DNA of 64,000 nt from Felis catus (Eukaryota): assembly GCF_018350175.1 (NCBI RefSeq), contig NC_058382.1, positions 60,390,001 to 60,454,000 of the forward strand, written 5' to 3'. Position 1 is the stretch's first letter. The number at the start of each line of letters is the position of its first letter. The position numbers and the translations under genes were made by a program. Shown here piece after piece: positions 23,887-35,029 of the stretch. Under the pieces are notes generated by a model. It saw nothing but the letters and a program-made list of their open reading frames with translations, was not told the DNA's origin and did not search any database.

Positions 23887-25270
23887 TTTATAGACACGAG
23901 TGAGTACCTGGCAGCAGGGCTTGGAACAACCCAGCAAGTGGGGGCTCCCGTGTATGCTGACAAGCCTCAGTGCGCGAGGGGTGTTGGGTGGGCGGCCACG
24001 TGTTAATCCACCTGACTTATGCAGATGCTCAGAGTTTGCTATTAGGGCTGAGACTGTGATGCTCTGAGCAGGGCCTGGGGTGGGGGGAACCTTTCTAGGT
24101 AGAAGGTGAGCGTGAGGGCCGGGCCAGCTGCAGCCCCTTTGAGACCACACAGCTCTTTTCTCGGCACCAAGAACTTGAAGAGAAAGCCATGCCCTGTCCT
24201 GTGTGTCCCACTGTCAAGGCACAGCACGCCACAGACGCTTCGTCGGAAGGTTTTCACAGGGTCCTCCCGCATGCCATCCAGCAGGGAAGTGAGCTGAGGC
24301 AGCCTCGGGTCAGGTGGCTCTCCTCAGTCTCGTTGCTGCTGTTGCTGGAAATGCTTAGAAGCCACATTCCAGGGCAGGGCTCTCCCCCCTGGGAGAGCTG
24401 TTCGTGAGCCAGCAGGCTGCCGGAGCACGCCAGGTTTCTCTGACCACAGAGTGGTGCTGGCCACTGTCTCCACTGCACCTTGACCCCTGGGGACTGGGTT
24501 CCCATCTGGAAGGTGGAGAAAGCTGCTCACCAGCCAGTTCCCGCCGGCTCTCCCTCCCCAAACGCCCTGCCTCTGCGGCTGCCCTTTATAGAGCCTTCCT
24601 CCCACAAGGAGCTCTCCGCTGCAAGTATCAGCAATTTTACTCGGAATTTCTGGTGCTATTTCATGTCGTAATGTGAATTCAGGCTTCCTTGGTGTGTTTC
24701 ACCTGGGGGAATGGGCGGGGGACACCGGCTGGCGGGGGGCGGGGGGGGCACGGGGCACTGCACCAAGGCCCACCAGCACCAGCGGCCCCAACAAGTCTTT
24801 CACTGGCTCTCCAGGCCGCCGGCAGGCTCCAGCCCCACGGTCACGGTCGGAGAGCAGCCGGGTGGGACGCTCAGGGCCGGGGTGTGGTGTCGCTGCCCGG
24901 TCAGGGAGGCGTCTCATGCACTGACAGGACCCAGGGGTCGGCGCGCATGTCCTGTTTATGGAATCGTGTCTTCAAAGGGGGCAGGAGGGCAGGAGAGGCC
25001 TCCTTCTGTTCTTGGGCATCTCTGAGGTTCGTGGTTTGTGTTCTGTTTTTCCTTTTTTTTACCTGGGGTGCAATGTGTGTCGAAGTTTTTATTTTGATAT
25101 TTTGAAAGAGACCAAATTGGGCCCACATTGCCTTTCTAGAAGGTGCTGTGTGCCACTCAGAATGCCTTTAGTGCTGATGAATAACACGGCAACTCTGAGG
25201 TTGTACTGTGCAGACCTGTGCACTCATGCTGTTAAATATATCCTCACTGTTTTCACGGAAAGCCTCTGGC
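23887..25270 (+). other. ZNF469: ZNF469 3' UTR (3' end approximate)
   Basis: Follows the stop codon. Contains U-rich blocks (24630-24690, 25040-25110), miR-29 seed matches and a variant poly(A) signal at 25235. Confidence 0.6.
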
Positions 25271-25285
25271 TGTGCTGTCTGTCCT
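25202..25285 (+). terminator. Candidate polyadenylation region with non-canonical AATATA signal
   Basis: TGTA at 25202-25205, AATATA at 25235-25240, GU-rich TGTGCTGTCTGT at ~25271. I saw no AATAAA near the gene end. Confidence 0.4.
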
Positions 25286-26352
25286 CCCGCCAGCCCCTGC
25301 CTCGGTGGCTTTAGCTGCCACTTCTGTCCTGTCACCAGGATTGTGTGGCCCTGCAGAGCCGCCCCCACCCCACCCCCCCCACACACACACAGCTCAGCGA
25401 TCCCACCAACTCCTCCGGCTTGTTAACATGGCATTTAGCAGCGCTTCCGAAGCTTCACTGCTGGGGGCCTCGGGGATCAGAGCGGGAGAGATAAAGTGTC
25501 GGGAAGTAATTAGCACAGCTCAGTTTAGGGGACCCGGGAAGGTAGCAAAGGTAGTACAAAGGGTCAAAGCCGGAGACACCAGCCCACCGCAGACTCAGAC
25601 CCCGGGGCCCACCATGTCCCGAGGACAACCGTCAAAGACCCCAGGGTCCAGGACAAGTGCCCGGAGAGCAGGCCGGGCCGTCCAGAGTCAAGCACCCGTC
25701 CTCGTCCTGCCCCCGATGGCCGTCTGGGCTGGGGCGCGAGGAGGCACTCAGAGCAGCACCCAACACTGTGTGCAGGGAGAGGAGGGGGAGCCTCAGGGAG
25801 GGAGGCCCACACCTGAGGCCGTAAGTGGGGTCTCCGCGCTTCTGCCCAAGCCCACGGGGGCCCCCACCCACCCACGTTCACCTTCCTCGGCCAGGAGCAC
25901 TCTTCCCAGGGGCTCCCCCTCAGGACAAGCCCCTCCCGTCCGTGCACCCCCAGCCCTGGGCGGGCTGTCTCCAGGGTCTCAGGGAAGGGGCCCCTCACAT
26001 TTACATGCCTACTGTGTGCTGGGAAGTGAGCCAGATGCAGCCCCTGCTTTGGGGGCCTCTAGACAGATTCTGTCATGAGTCGGGGGCTTTGGTCTCCTTG
26101 GGGATCTCTGTAGCAGGGCCTCAGGTGGGGGGCACAAGGGGGCACGGGGTTGGGATGGAGTCAGTCTGAGTTATGTTTGAGAACGGCCATCTGGTGATTG
26201 GGGGATCCAGACCCCTGGGGCCCCTGTTCAACTCCTCACACCTGGGACAGCCGGGAACCAGGAGCGGCCGGCTCGCTGGGAACCCGGAGGGAAATCGTAG
26301 GCCCCAGCACAGGCCCCAACCCTGATTCCAAGTCAGATGCGCACTCGCCGGC

Positions 26353-26371
26353 TGGCCAGCAGGTGGCAGCA
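26353..26371 (+). promoter_or_regulatory. CTCF binding motif (candidate insulator between ZNF469 and ZFPM1)
   Basis: TGG-CCAGCAGGTGGCAGC-A; 26356-26370 matches the CCASYAGRKGGCRSY core at every position. Confidence 0.65.
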
Positions 26372-26392
26372 TCGGCCCAGCTGGGCTGCTGG

Positions 26393-26393
<1 letters not shown>

Positions 26394-26427
<34 letters not shown>

Positions 26428-26462
26428 GCCACCAGCCCTCCTCCCGCAAAAAAAAAAAAAAA
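26394..26462. repeat. Homopolymers G33 (26394-26426) and A15 (26448-26462)
   Basis: Read directly from the sequence. Confidence 0.95.
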
Positions 26463-29400
26463 GCGCCCTGACGTCGCTGAGGGGCTCAGAGACACACATT
26501 TACTGCACAGCTCCCACTTCACCCTGACCAGCTGCGTCCAGTGTGGGGGGCCTGGCCTTCAAGACGCCTCTGGGCAGGCTCCCCGAAGCGCCGTGGGAGC
26601 CCTGGGAGTGGGCCGCACAAACACAGGAGAGGGTTGGGGCGGGAGCAGCCCCTGCACAGGCCCCGCTCAGGGGCCACAGCTCCCTGAGGCCCCGGGGAAG
26701 TGGCCGCTTCGGCCCTGGGCCCCGAGGGCCTGGCTCGTCCCTTCTGGGAAACCAGCGTGCCTGCTCACCCCGTGACCTCAGGGTCCCTCCGGGAGCCGCC
26801 CCAAGGCAGGCAGGGTGGGCGGCTGGGAGAGCCCGTGTCAGCAGCAAGATCACATAAGTGGCTGCATTGTTCAGTTGCATTCTGCCCTGGGCCCAAAGCC
26901 TGACCCCACCGACCCCTCAGCCCCACCAGCCCAGGGACAGGGCAGGACTGCTGGTTCTTGGGGCCGGGTGAGGGGTGCAGGTGCGGGACGGGGCGGGAAG
27001 CACGCGGACGGCCGGAGGGAGGGAAGCAGGAGGTAGCAGCAGGCATGCCGGCCCCGACCTCCGTAAAGGGCCAGGCTCCCCACATCCGCTCAGGGGAACC
27101 CCCGGACAATATTATTTAACATGGGTTTTCCTAAGCTCCCGGGGCCGCAGATGCTTGAGAGAGTCCCATCCCCCGGGAAAGTGTAGACGGCCACGCGCAC
27201 ACAGTGGAAAGACTCCGGAATAAGAGAGACCCACGGAGACAGTCTCAGAGGAGCAAACAGCCACCAGGGAAGAGTTGAGTCCTCACACCCTGGGGTGCTC
27301 CCCAGCGCTGGGGCTCCTGAGGCACCCCCATACGGGATGGGACTTGGGGGCCCCTGGGCCCTGCCTTGTCACCTGTGATTGTGCTCGTGTGGGCTGTGGA
27401 GGTCCAGCCCCGAGGCCGCATCCCTCCAGCCCCCATCTCCCCGCCCAGTGCAGTGTGTAGGCAGTAGGCCCCAGGGCCTGTTGCTGTGGGATGGTAACCC
27501 CTCTGGGCTCTCTCTCCCTCCTGGCCACTCTGAGCCTGGGCACCCAAGGCCACGACCCCTTTCCCACAGGGCAGTGCCTCCCTCACTGACCACACAGTGT
27601 GGCCTGTGGGCAGCAGCTCAAGGCCACTGGCCTCCTCCCTGGAGCCCCCAGGCGGGAAGGGGGGCAGGACGGGCCTTCCCGAGGCCCAGGGTTTGGCCAG
27701 GCTTGAACAAGCTGCACCCCGTTTCGGGGCCCCGGGGAAGAGGGCGGTGAGCTCTGCCACGGGGGGTGAGCACCAGGGGGCAGCAGGGCTCTGGCTGGAG
27801 CAGGAAACCTCAGGTTTGCCGCCATCCCCTCCAGACCTCGGCTCTCCCGGCCATCAAATGGGCACAATAATCACCAAAAGCTTCTCCGGCCCCAACATTC
27901 GGAGGCTCCCTCTGAGGGCTCAGGACTGTGGCCTGCTGGACGCAGCCGGGGCTCCCGGGCTCTGCCTGGACCCTCTCGCCACAGCCATTCTCCGGCTGCC
28001 CCCTCCCCTCCCTCAGCCCTTTACCCTCATAGCACTTCCTCTTTGTCCACCATCCGTGGACCGTGGTAGCCGACCCTGCGTGGCCACGGTCACCCTCCTG
28101 CCAGACTCTAATCACACATGTGTTGTTCACACTTACAACTGCAGTGCCTCAAGTAGGGGCTCCCTACGTGTTTGGGGCGGGAAGGAGGGAGGAAGGGTGC
28201 AGGGCAGAAGGGAGGGGAGGAAGAAGTGGAGAAGGAGAAAGGAAGGAAGGAGGCAGATGAGAACACGAGCATTTCCTAGCTGGTGATATGACCACGTGAC
28301 CCCAACTCTCGGAGATTGGGAAATATCCAGATAATGTCTCCTGTCGGCGCCCAGCACTGTCCGGCCGGGTCAGGGGGCCACACTTGGGCAGCCGCGTGAA
28401 AGGGCGGCCCTCAGTAGCACGCGACGACCCTCGGCGGACCAGAGCCTTCGTGTCCCGGGACATCAGAGATGCTGGTTTCACAGAGGACCACCAAGGCCGG
28501 GAGGAGAACCTCGTCTGGCGTGGACCCCGGCCAGCTCTCTCTCCCCCAGACGTCCCAGGGGGTGAGCAGTGCAGATCAGATGGGGTCCCGTTTCCAAGGC
28601 CAGAGCCACCCCCCCACCCTGCCACGATGCGGGCAACAGAGGCAGCGGCCTGCCCCAGGGTGGCCCAGGCAGCGCCGTCCGGCCCTCCCCCGCCCCTCCC
28701 CCGGGCGGCCTCCCGATTCCTAACTTAATTTATTTTGACATCCTCGCAGCCGTTTGACCTCCTTACAGAGTCACGTGGTGCTTAAAACTCATTATCCCCC
28801 CATTGCAACAGGAAGTTAATTAAACCCTTCACAGAGCTGGTGTTGATGAATGTCAGCGTGGGCCCCGCCGGCTGCCGGCAGCTCCAGGACCTCTGGCGGA
28901 CCCGCGGCGGGGGGAGCGAGGCCCGGCCCAGGCAGGGGCCACAGATGGAGCCTGGGTCCCCCTTCCTCCAACGCAGCCACCGGCGGCCACTCTGGAACAG
29001 CGTGTGTGGGTTCCCTCGGGAGGAAGCTGGCTCGGCCGCTTACCTGTTCCGCGGCCTCGGGCAAGTGGCTTCACTTCTCTGAGCCTCAGTTTACTCTTCT
29101 GGCAAATGGGAATTCTAACGGTCCCTCCTTCAGAAAGCTGTCACGAGCAGGCTGTGCGCTGACCCGTGTGTCACTCCTGTCCCTGCTGGTGTCAGACGAT
29201 GGGGCTCCAGGTGCCACAGAAGAGAGGCCGGGCCCTGCCAGCTGGAACAGAGAGGAGGGCGCCACCTTGTCGGGGAGAGGTTAGGGGCTTCCCTGAGGGA
29301 GGGTGCCCCCGGCAGCAGGAACAGCTTGTGCGAGGGCCCCGGGGCCACAGGACACCTGGACCCCCACCAAGGAGGTTCAGAAAAGAAGGTAGAACGGGGC

Positions 29401-31038
29401 AAGGACAGATCCTGAGATTATCACAGATGGCTTCTGGGAAGGTCCCGCTGGCTTCAGTCTGCAGGGGGGGCAGCGGTGGCCGTGGGGACCAGTGGGGTAG
29501 CGATGGCAGTGGTGACGGGTGGTAGGGGCCCGAAGCAGGGTGGGGTGATGGCACTGTATCGGGGTGCATCTCAGAGCTGTTAAGGAGGTGAAATCCCAGA
29601 CACTGGGAGGCAGTAACACAGAAAGGGGGCCCCCTCTGGCCTGGCCTCCTGACGCACCCCAGTCTGCTCCAGCCCCGAGCTTGCCCCAACCTCTACACCT
29701 GTTCTTTCCTTAGCTGAGGAAGCCCTTTTCCCATCACTCTTTCCTGAGCATCCTCTTCCTCCTTCAAGGGCCACCTTAAGTTTCTAGAACATTCTGTGGC
29801 TCCCTTGGTCATAGCCTGAAAACCAGTGCAGGGCCTGGCACGTGGAAGCTCCTTCCCCACCCCCAGCAGCTGCCCAGCCTGGGGCAGCCCTCCTCGTGGG
29901 GAGGCGGCACGGAACATGGCCACAGACAGCCAGCCCACAGTGTGATCAAGGCCAGAGGAGCCCCGAGGGGTCACACCCCCACCCCCACCTATGTAGGAGG
30001 AAACCAAAGACCCGACTGATTAAGGACCGGGTCAGGGTCACACCCTCCAAAATGGTAGAGGCGGGACTTAGACCCAGTTCTCCCTGCTCCCAGGCCAGGC
30101 TTAAGAACTTGGGCTCTGGAGTACGGCTGCCTGGGGTTACATCATCTGAGCTGCAGGACCGCTCGGAGCCTCAGTGTCTTCCTCACCCCCATGACAGCCC
30201 ACCGGGTGCTTGAAAGCAGGTCTTATGTATTCCAGGCCCAGCCCTGCCAGTTTCTGCCAGGGCGACTCTGACGTCCTAACCTCCAGAGCACAGCGCCAGT
30301 GTGTCGTGAGAGAATACAAACCAGCCAAGAGTAGGGCTCACAAAGGTGGGACAGACGGTGGTGACGACATCGCCCTTAGAGCAGGCACCCAGGTCAAAGC
30401 CATGCCCAGGAGGCCTCCAGGGAGTCTTGGGACCCCAGCAGGCAGCTTCCAGAAAGCTCAGATCCAGTGAGCCGGGACAACCAGGCAGCCCAGCTCCACA
30501 TCGGGCATCGACAGCCCTGCACTCCGGCTGAACACAGCCCTGTCTTCTCCACCAATGGCGACGTGAGCCCTGGCCATCCGTGCGGACTTGCAGGGGCAGG
30601 TGGAGACGGGTGCACAAGGGGCAGTCCGTGGGGAATGGAGGCGGCCGGGTGGGCTTAGCCTGGACACCCTCAGCAACCCCACACTGCTCCTCCTCTCTCA
30701 CCTGATCAGGGACCCCTGCAAAGCCACGCGTAGATGTCACCTTCTCCAGAGAGCCACCCTGGATTCCCCAGGCTCCTACTGTGAACTCACACAGGCCTTC
30801 CTCTGACAGCATTTCTGGTTCCTCTTTCCTCAGCATGTGGCCATTATCAACAGACTTCCCCTGAGGGTGTGGGACCTGCACAGGCGAGGTCCTATGGCAT
30901 CGCCACTGGTCCCGCAGGCCGCAGACTGTCTCCCCGTCTCCGTACGGTGGCGTAATGACCTCCCCCTCCCCCCACAGGACAGCAGGAGGGAGCAAGGTAT
31001 AGAAGGAAGGTGTTGGGGGAAACAGCTCTGGCCTGGGG

Positions 31039-31168
31039 CAGGACTGTCATGGCCTCATGGGCGTGTGCGCTTGGTTTAATGCTCTAATTTGGCTGCCCTG
31101 AAATTCCTAACTTTTACACAAGAAGCTCTACGTGTTCACGCATACCCCCAAATGGTAGTCGGTCCTAG
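31039..31168 (+). mobile_element. Degraded hAT-Tip100 (MER91-like) DNA transposon fragment
   Basis: catgggcgtg...gcgcttggtttaatgctct...tgaaattcctaac...tagtcggtccta resembles the MER91A consensus as I recall it. Ends CAGGAC.../...GTCCTA are TIR-like. Confidence 0.5.
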
Positions 31169-33244
31169 TCAGCGGGCTCTGTTTCTGACCCACCTCTGCC
31201 TCTAAGTCACTGGGAAATTCGGACGTGTCCTTCCTCTCGGGGGCCTCGGGTTTTTAAACTGTATATGAGAAACAAGTAGCCGATGCGATGCCTGTCTTCC
31301 CTGCACCCCAAATCCCACTGACCAGTCCCGCCCTCTTTCTTCCGCTGACCTTCACAGTCCTCCACCACGCACACCTCCGGCCATCGCAGCGGCGCCAGCC
31401 CGGGGCGTGGGGCCTCAAGGCCAGCCCTGGTGCCAGCTCGCAGCCCCGCTTCTAGGAAGCCCCCTCCCGCCCCACCCCCAGGTCCCCACCCTGTAAGGAG
31501 GCCCTCCTTTGGGGATGATGGCAAGGCCCACGGGAAGCTCGCACCAGTGGGAGCCCTGAGCGAACGAGCCAACCGTGGGCCCCACTCCCCCCAACAGAGA
31601 GGGTCCAAGCACCAGGCCGCTGCAGGAAGGCTGCACCCACTGGCCCAGGGCAGGGAGCGGGAAGAGCTGGTGAGCCGTGTCTCTTGGCCTTCTGGCCTCA
31701 GTGTGTCCATCTGTCCAGTGGTGGACATGTGGTCCCGGGGGGACCTCAGCCTCCTGACTGAGAGGCTGCCCAGCAGCCACTCTCCTGCCCAGAGGCCCCT
31801 GGAGAGCAGTGGTGGTGCCAGAGAGAGTGCCCAGGCCCCAGGGGCAGCCCTTCTCTTCCATGGGCCAGGGGCACAGATAACAGGAGTGTCTCACAGGCAG
31901 AGCACACGGCACAAGGCCAGCCTCTGCGGGTGACCGTTGTGATAATCATCTGGACAGGCACCCAGGTGTCTTCTTTGCAAAGGTCTTCTGGTCTGCCCCT
32001 GGGCCCTGCTCTCCCCCCTATTTCTTCTGAATGAAGGGCCCAGGGAGCAGGTACCAAATGCAGGCCAAGAATATTAAAAGAACACAATTCAGCTTGGGGA
32101 CACAGCTCTTAATGCTCTGGGACTTGAGCTGCACCGGAAAAGTGGGGGGGGGGGGGGGCTCTGGGATCCCATGAACATATCCCCAAAGACATGAGAGTCG
32201 GTCTCCATTTCCAGGGCTAGAACACACAGTACTGACTCTGTCCCAGGCCGGGAGGGGACGCAGGTGCCGGCCCAGCCCACGGAGGGGCCTCCTCCCCGGC
32301 CCCTCAGCAGGGGCGCCCTGGGGAGGAACGGGCTGCTTCAGGGGGAGCAGGGACAGGCGGCCGGCTTCCACACCCTCCCGGATTTACAATCAGACCGGAG
32401 CCCAGGGGAGGAGGGCCCGCAGGTCCCCACACTTCATTTGGACGTCGAACCCCAGGGATGCTTCTTCCACCGCAGACTCAGACGGAAGCCCCCACCCGGC
32501 CACAGCGGACTCCACACCCCAAATCTGGCTCAAGACACAGTGGGGCGTCGAGGCCTAGGGCTTCCTGACCCGGCCCTTGCTGCCCTCACCCCTCAGGCGG
32601 GGGGCGGGGCGAGTCGTCGAGCCCAGGGGTCCTGGGCGGGGCCGGGGGGCTGGGGGCGGAGCCACGGGAAACCTGGGGCGGAGCGAGGGGGCGAGCAGAG
32701 CCGGGTCGGGCCGGGCTTGGGGGGAGGAGCTAGGCCCTAGGGGCGTGTCCAGAGAGGCCCGAAGCCCGGCCTGACGCGGAGCCGCGGGGCGGCGGGACCG
32801 AAAGGTCGCTGAATCAGAGCCAGGCCCGGGGACAAAGCTGCGGGACTGAAGGAGGAGCTAAGGAAGCCAGAGGTCCACCCGGGGGCGGGGCCAGGTGGGG
32901 CGGGGCCGGCGCGGCGGGGGCGGGGCCGGCTGGACTGCAGGGAACCAGGATCCGCCCGGGGGAGGGGCCGGCGCGGCGGGGCGGAGGCGGGGCCGTGGCG
33001 GCGGAGGCGGGGCCGTGGCGGCGGGGGGGCGGGGCCGGGCTGCAGGGAATTTGGATCCGCCCGGGGAAGGGGCTGGCGCGGCGGGGGGCGGAGCCGGCGC
33101 GGCGGGGGCGGGGCCGGAGGCGAGGCGCCGGGGACGCGCAGGCCCCGCCCCCGCCGCGCCGGCCCGCCCGCCCGCCGGGAGCGCCCCGGCCGAGGCCGCC
33201 CGGTTCGCCGCGCGCTGCCCGCAGGTTCCATTGAGAAAAGCCGA

Positions 33245-33274
33245 GCGGCGGCGGCGGCGGCGGCGGCGGCGGCG
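33245..33274 (+). repeat. (GCG)10 trinucleotide repeat in the ZFPM1 5' leader
   Basis: Ten uninterrupted GCG units read directly. Confidence 0.9.
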
Positions 33275-33440
33275 TCTGCGCGGGAGCCGAGGAGCTGGCA
33301 GCAGTCCGCCGCCCGCCGCCCCCGGCGGTCGGCGCGCCCGCAGCGCAGGGCCTTGCCTCCGGCCTCCGCAGCGGCTCCGGGCCGGGCGCGGCGGGCTGGG
33401 GCGCGGGCCGGGACGGCCGCGGAGCCCGGGGGCCGGGGGC

Positions 33441-33500
33441 ATGAGCCGCCCCGCGGCCCCGCCGCGCCCCCGCCGCCCGCCGCCGCCCGCCAGGGGCTAG
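33441..33500 (+). other. uORF in the ZFPM1 5' UTR (MSRPAAPPRPRRPPPPARG*)
   Basis: GGCATGA at 33438-33444 and TAG at 33498-33500, ending 35 nt before the main ATG. Confidence 0.55.
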
Positions 33501-33535
33501 AGGCGGCCGCCGGGAGGGCGCGCGGCGCCGGAGAC

Positions 33536-33575
33536 ATGTCCAGGAGGAAACAGAGCAACCCCCGGCAGATCAAGC
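33536..33575 (+). CDS. ZFPM1: ZFPM1 (FOG-1) coding exon 1, NuRD-binding motif MSRRKQSNPRQIK(R)
   Basis: ATG TCC AGG AGG AAA CAG AGC AAC CCC CGG CAG ATC AAG C|GTGAGT. This is the FOG-1 N-terminal NuRD (RBBP4/MTA) recruitment peptide followed by a phase-1 donor. Confidence 0.97.
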
Positions 33576-33854
33576 GTGAGTCAAACTTTGCCCGCCGGCC
33601 CCCGACCCCCGCCGGCCCCCGCCGGCCCGCCCCCACACGCCCGGCCCGGCTCTGCCCGCGACCTTCACCCCGCGCCGCGCCCCCCGCGCTGTGCGCCCCG
33701 CGCGCGGTAATCTAATCGCCGGCGGGCCGGGCCCCCGCGTCTCGTTTCAGGGACCGGGGGTCGGGCCGGGAGGAGCGTCCGCCCGGAGGGCCGCGAGCGG
33801 GGCGGCTGGGGGCGCGGCCAGCTCGCGTCCTGCCCCTCCCCGCATCCCTGAGAT

Positions 33855-34010
33855 GGTGCGGCGATAAGGCGGCCCCGATCTGGGCTCAGATAAAGTTTAA
33901 AATATTCCATTCTGCAAGTCCCATCCTGATAAGATCGCTCTGTCGGGACGGGCTGAAATTGTGATCTTATCTCGCCGCGCGGTTGACTCTCCCAGGCTTT
34001 GTATCTAGAG
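33855..34010. promoter_or_regulatory. GATA motif cluster, ZFPM1 intron 1 proximal
   Basis: CGATAAG (~33862), AGATAA (~33888), TGATAAG (~33927), CTTATCT (~33966). Confidence 0.7.
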
Positions 34011-35029
34011 GGAGAAACAGGGAGACCTGGGAGGGAGAGGGGGCACCCGGGCCGCGTGGAAATGCATGGCTAAGTGGCGGAGACCGGCCCGCTCCCACCA
34101 CCTCTTCTGCTGGCCCTAGAGCCGCGTGGCTGGGGATGGGGGGCCGGTGCAGCCACCGCAGCCCGTGCGCTCGGTTCCAGCCGCGCAGACCCCCGCGCCC
34201 TGTCGCTGGGGTCTCGAACTCGACCCTTCCCTGCCCAGGGACAGCCTCCTGGAGGTCCGACCTTACTCTCTGTCCCGGCCAATGCCGCACGTGCAGCAAG
34301 CAGGCAACCCCCCCCCCCCCACACACACACACGCACCCTGCTCATCCGAGGGGGCTATCCTACTACCCCAAGTCAGGAAAGGGGGGCTTCCAGAGACTAG
34401 GCCCCAGGTCACCGTCGCCTCTGCTTGCGTCCCATGTTTCTCGCCCATCCTGCCCGCGGTCCGCTCCCCAGGGGCACGGGCGGTCTAAGTCCTTACTGCC
34501 AAAGCCCCGTGATAAAAGCAGCACCGCGCGCTCTGGGCCACTCGCAAGGAGCTAGAGCGTGAGCACACAGGAAGCGCCGCTCCCCACCTCACGCCAATAA
34601 CTTCGCGCCTTCGCTGCCAGGGCCTGGGCACGAGATTTCCTCCGGGGGTCGCGTCTCCCAGGCCAGATGGGAAGCAAAGAGGGGGGCCCAGCCCTCTGCC
34701 CAGCCTCAGGCGCCCAGGCACTGCCACTTCTGTCCACATGACCACTGCCACCCGGATCCCGTGTGCGCGCGCCTGGGGAAGTGTCCACCCCTCAGGTCCT
34801 AGAAAGGGGCCACGCAAGCATAAATCTGGGTTCCCGTAACCCACTCCCCCAGTGTGCAAGCGGGACCTGTTTTCTGAAAGTCGCCTTCTATCAAGTCAAC
34901 TTAAGTATTAAAACCACCCACGGTCCCCGATCTGCGCTGATTCTCTGGTTTCTTTTTCCCCTCCTCCCCTGTGCGCCTCTGTTGGGTCTGTTCTCGTGTG
35001 TGCGTGTGTGTATGTGTTTCAGCGTGATG

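Larger units (their letters stand above)
32600..33960 (+). promoter_or_regulatory. ZFPM1: ZFPM1 CpG-island promoter and 5' UTR with many Sp/KLF GC boxes
   Basis: Extremely high CpG density, repeated GGGGCGGGG/GGCGGAG, no TATA box seen, immediately upstream of the ZFPM1 ATG. Confidence 0.9.

Noticed and set aside
21091..23963. Antisense ORFs of 409 and 563 aa and an alternative-frame 424-aa ORF over ZNF469
   Set aside because: Shadow ORFs expected from high GC and GC3 in a long coding exon; no recognisable domains.
32737..33715. Ala/Gly/Pro/Arg-rich ORFs across the ZFPM1 promoter, including poly-Ala and poly-Arg
   Set aside because: Translations of the CpG island and the (GCG)10 repeat. Only 33536-33575 is supported as ZFPM1 coding sequence.
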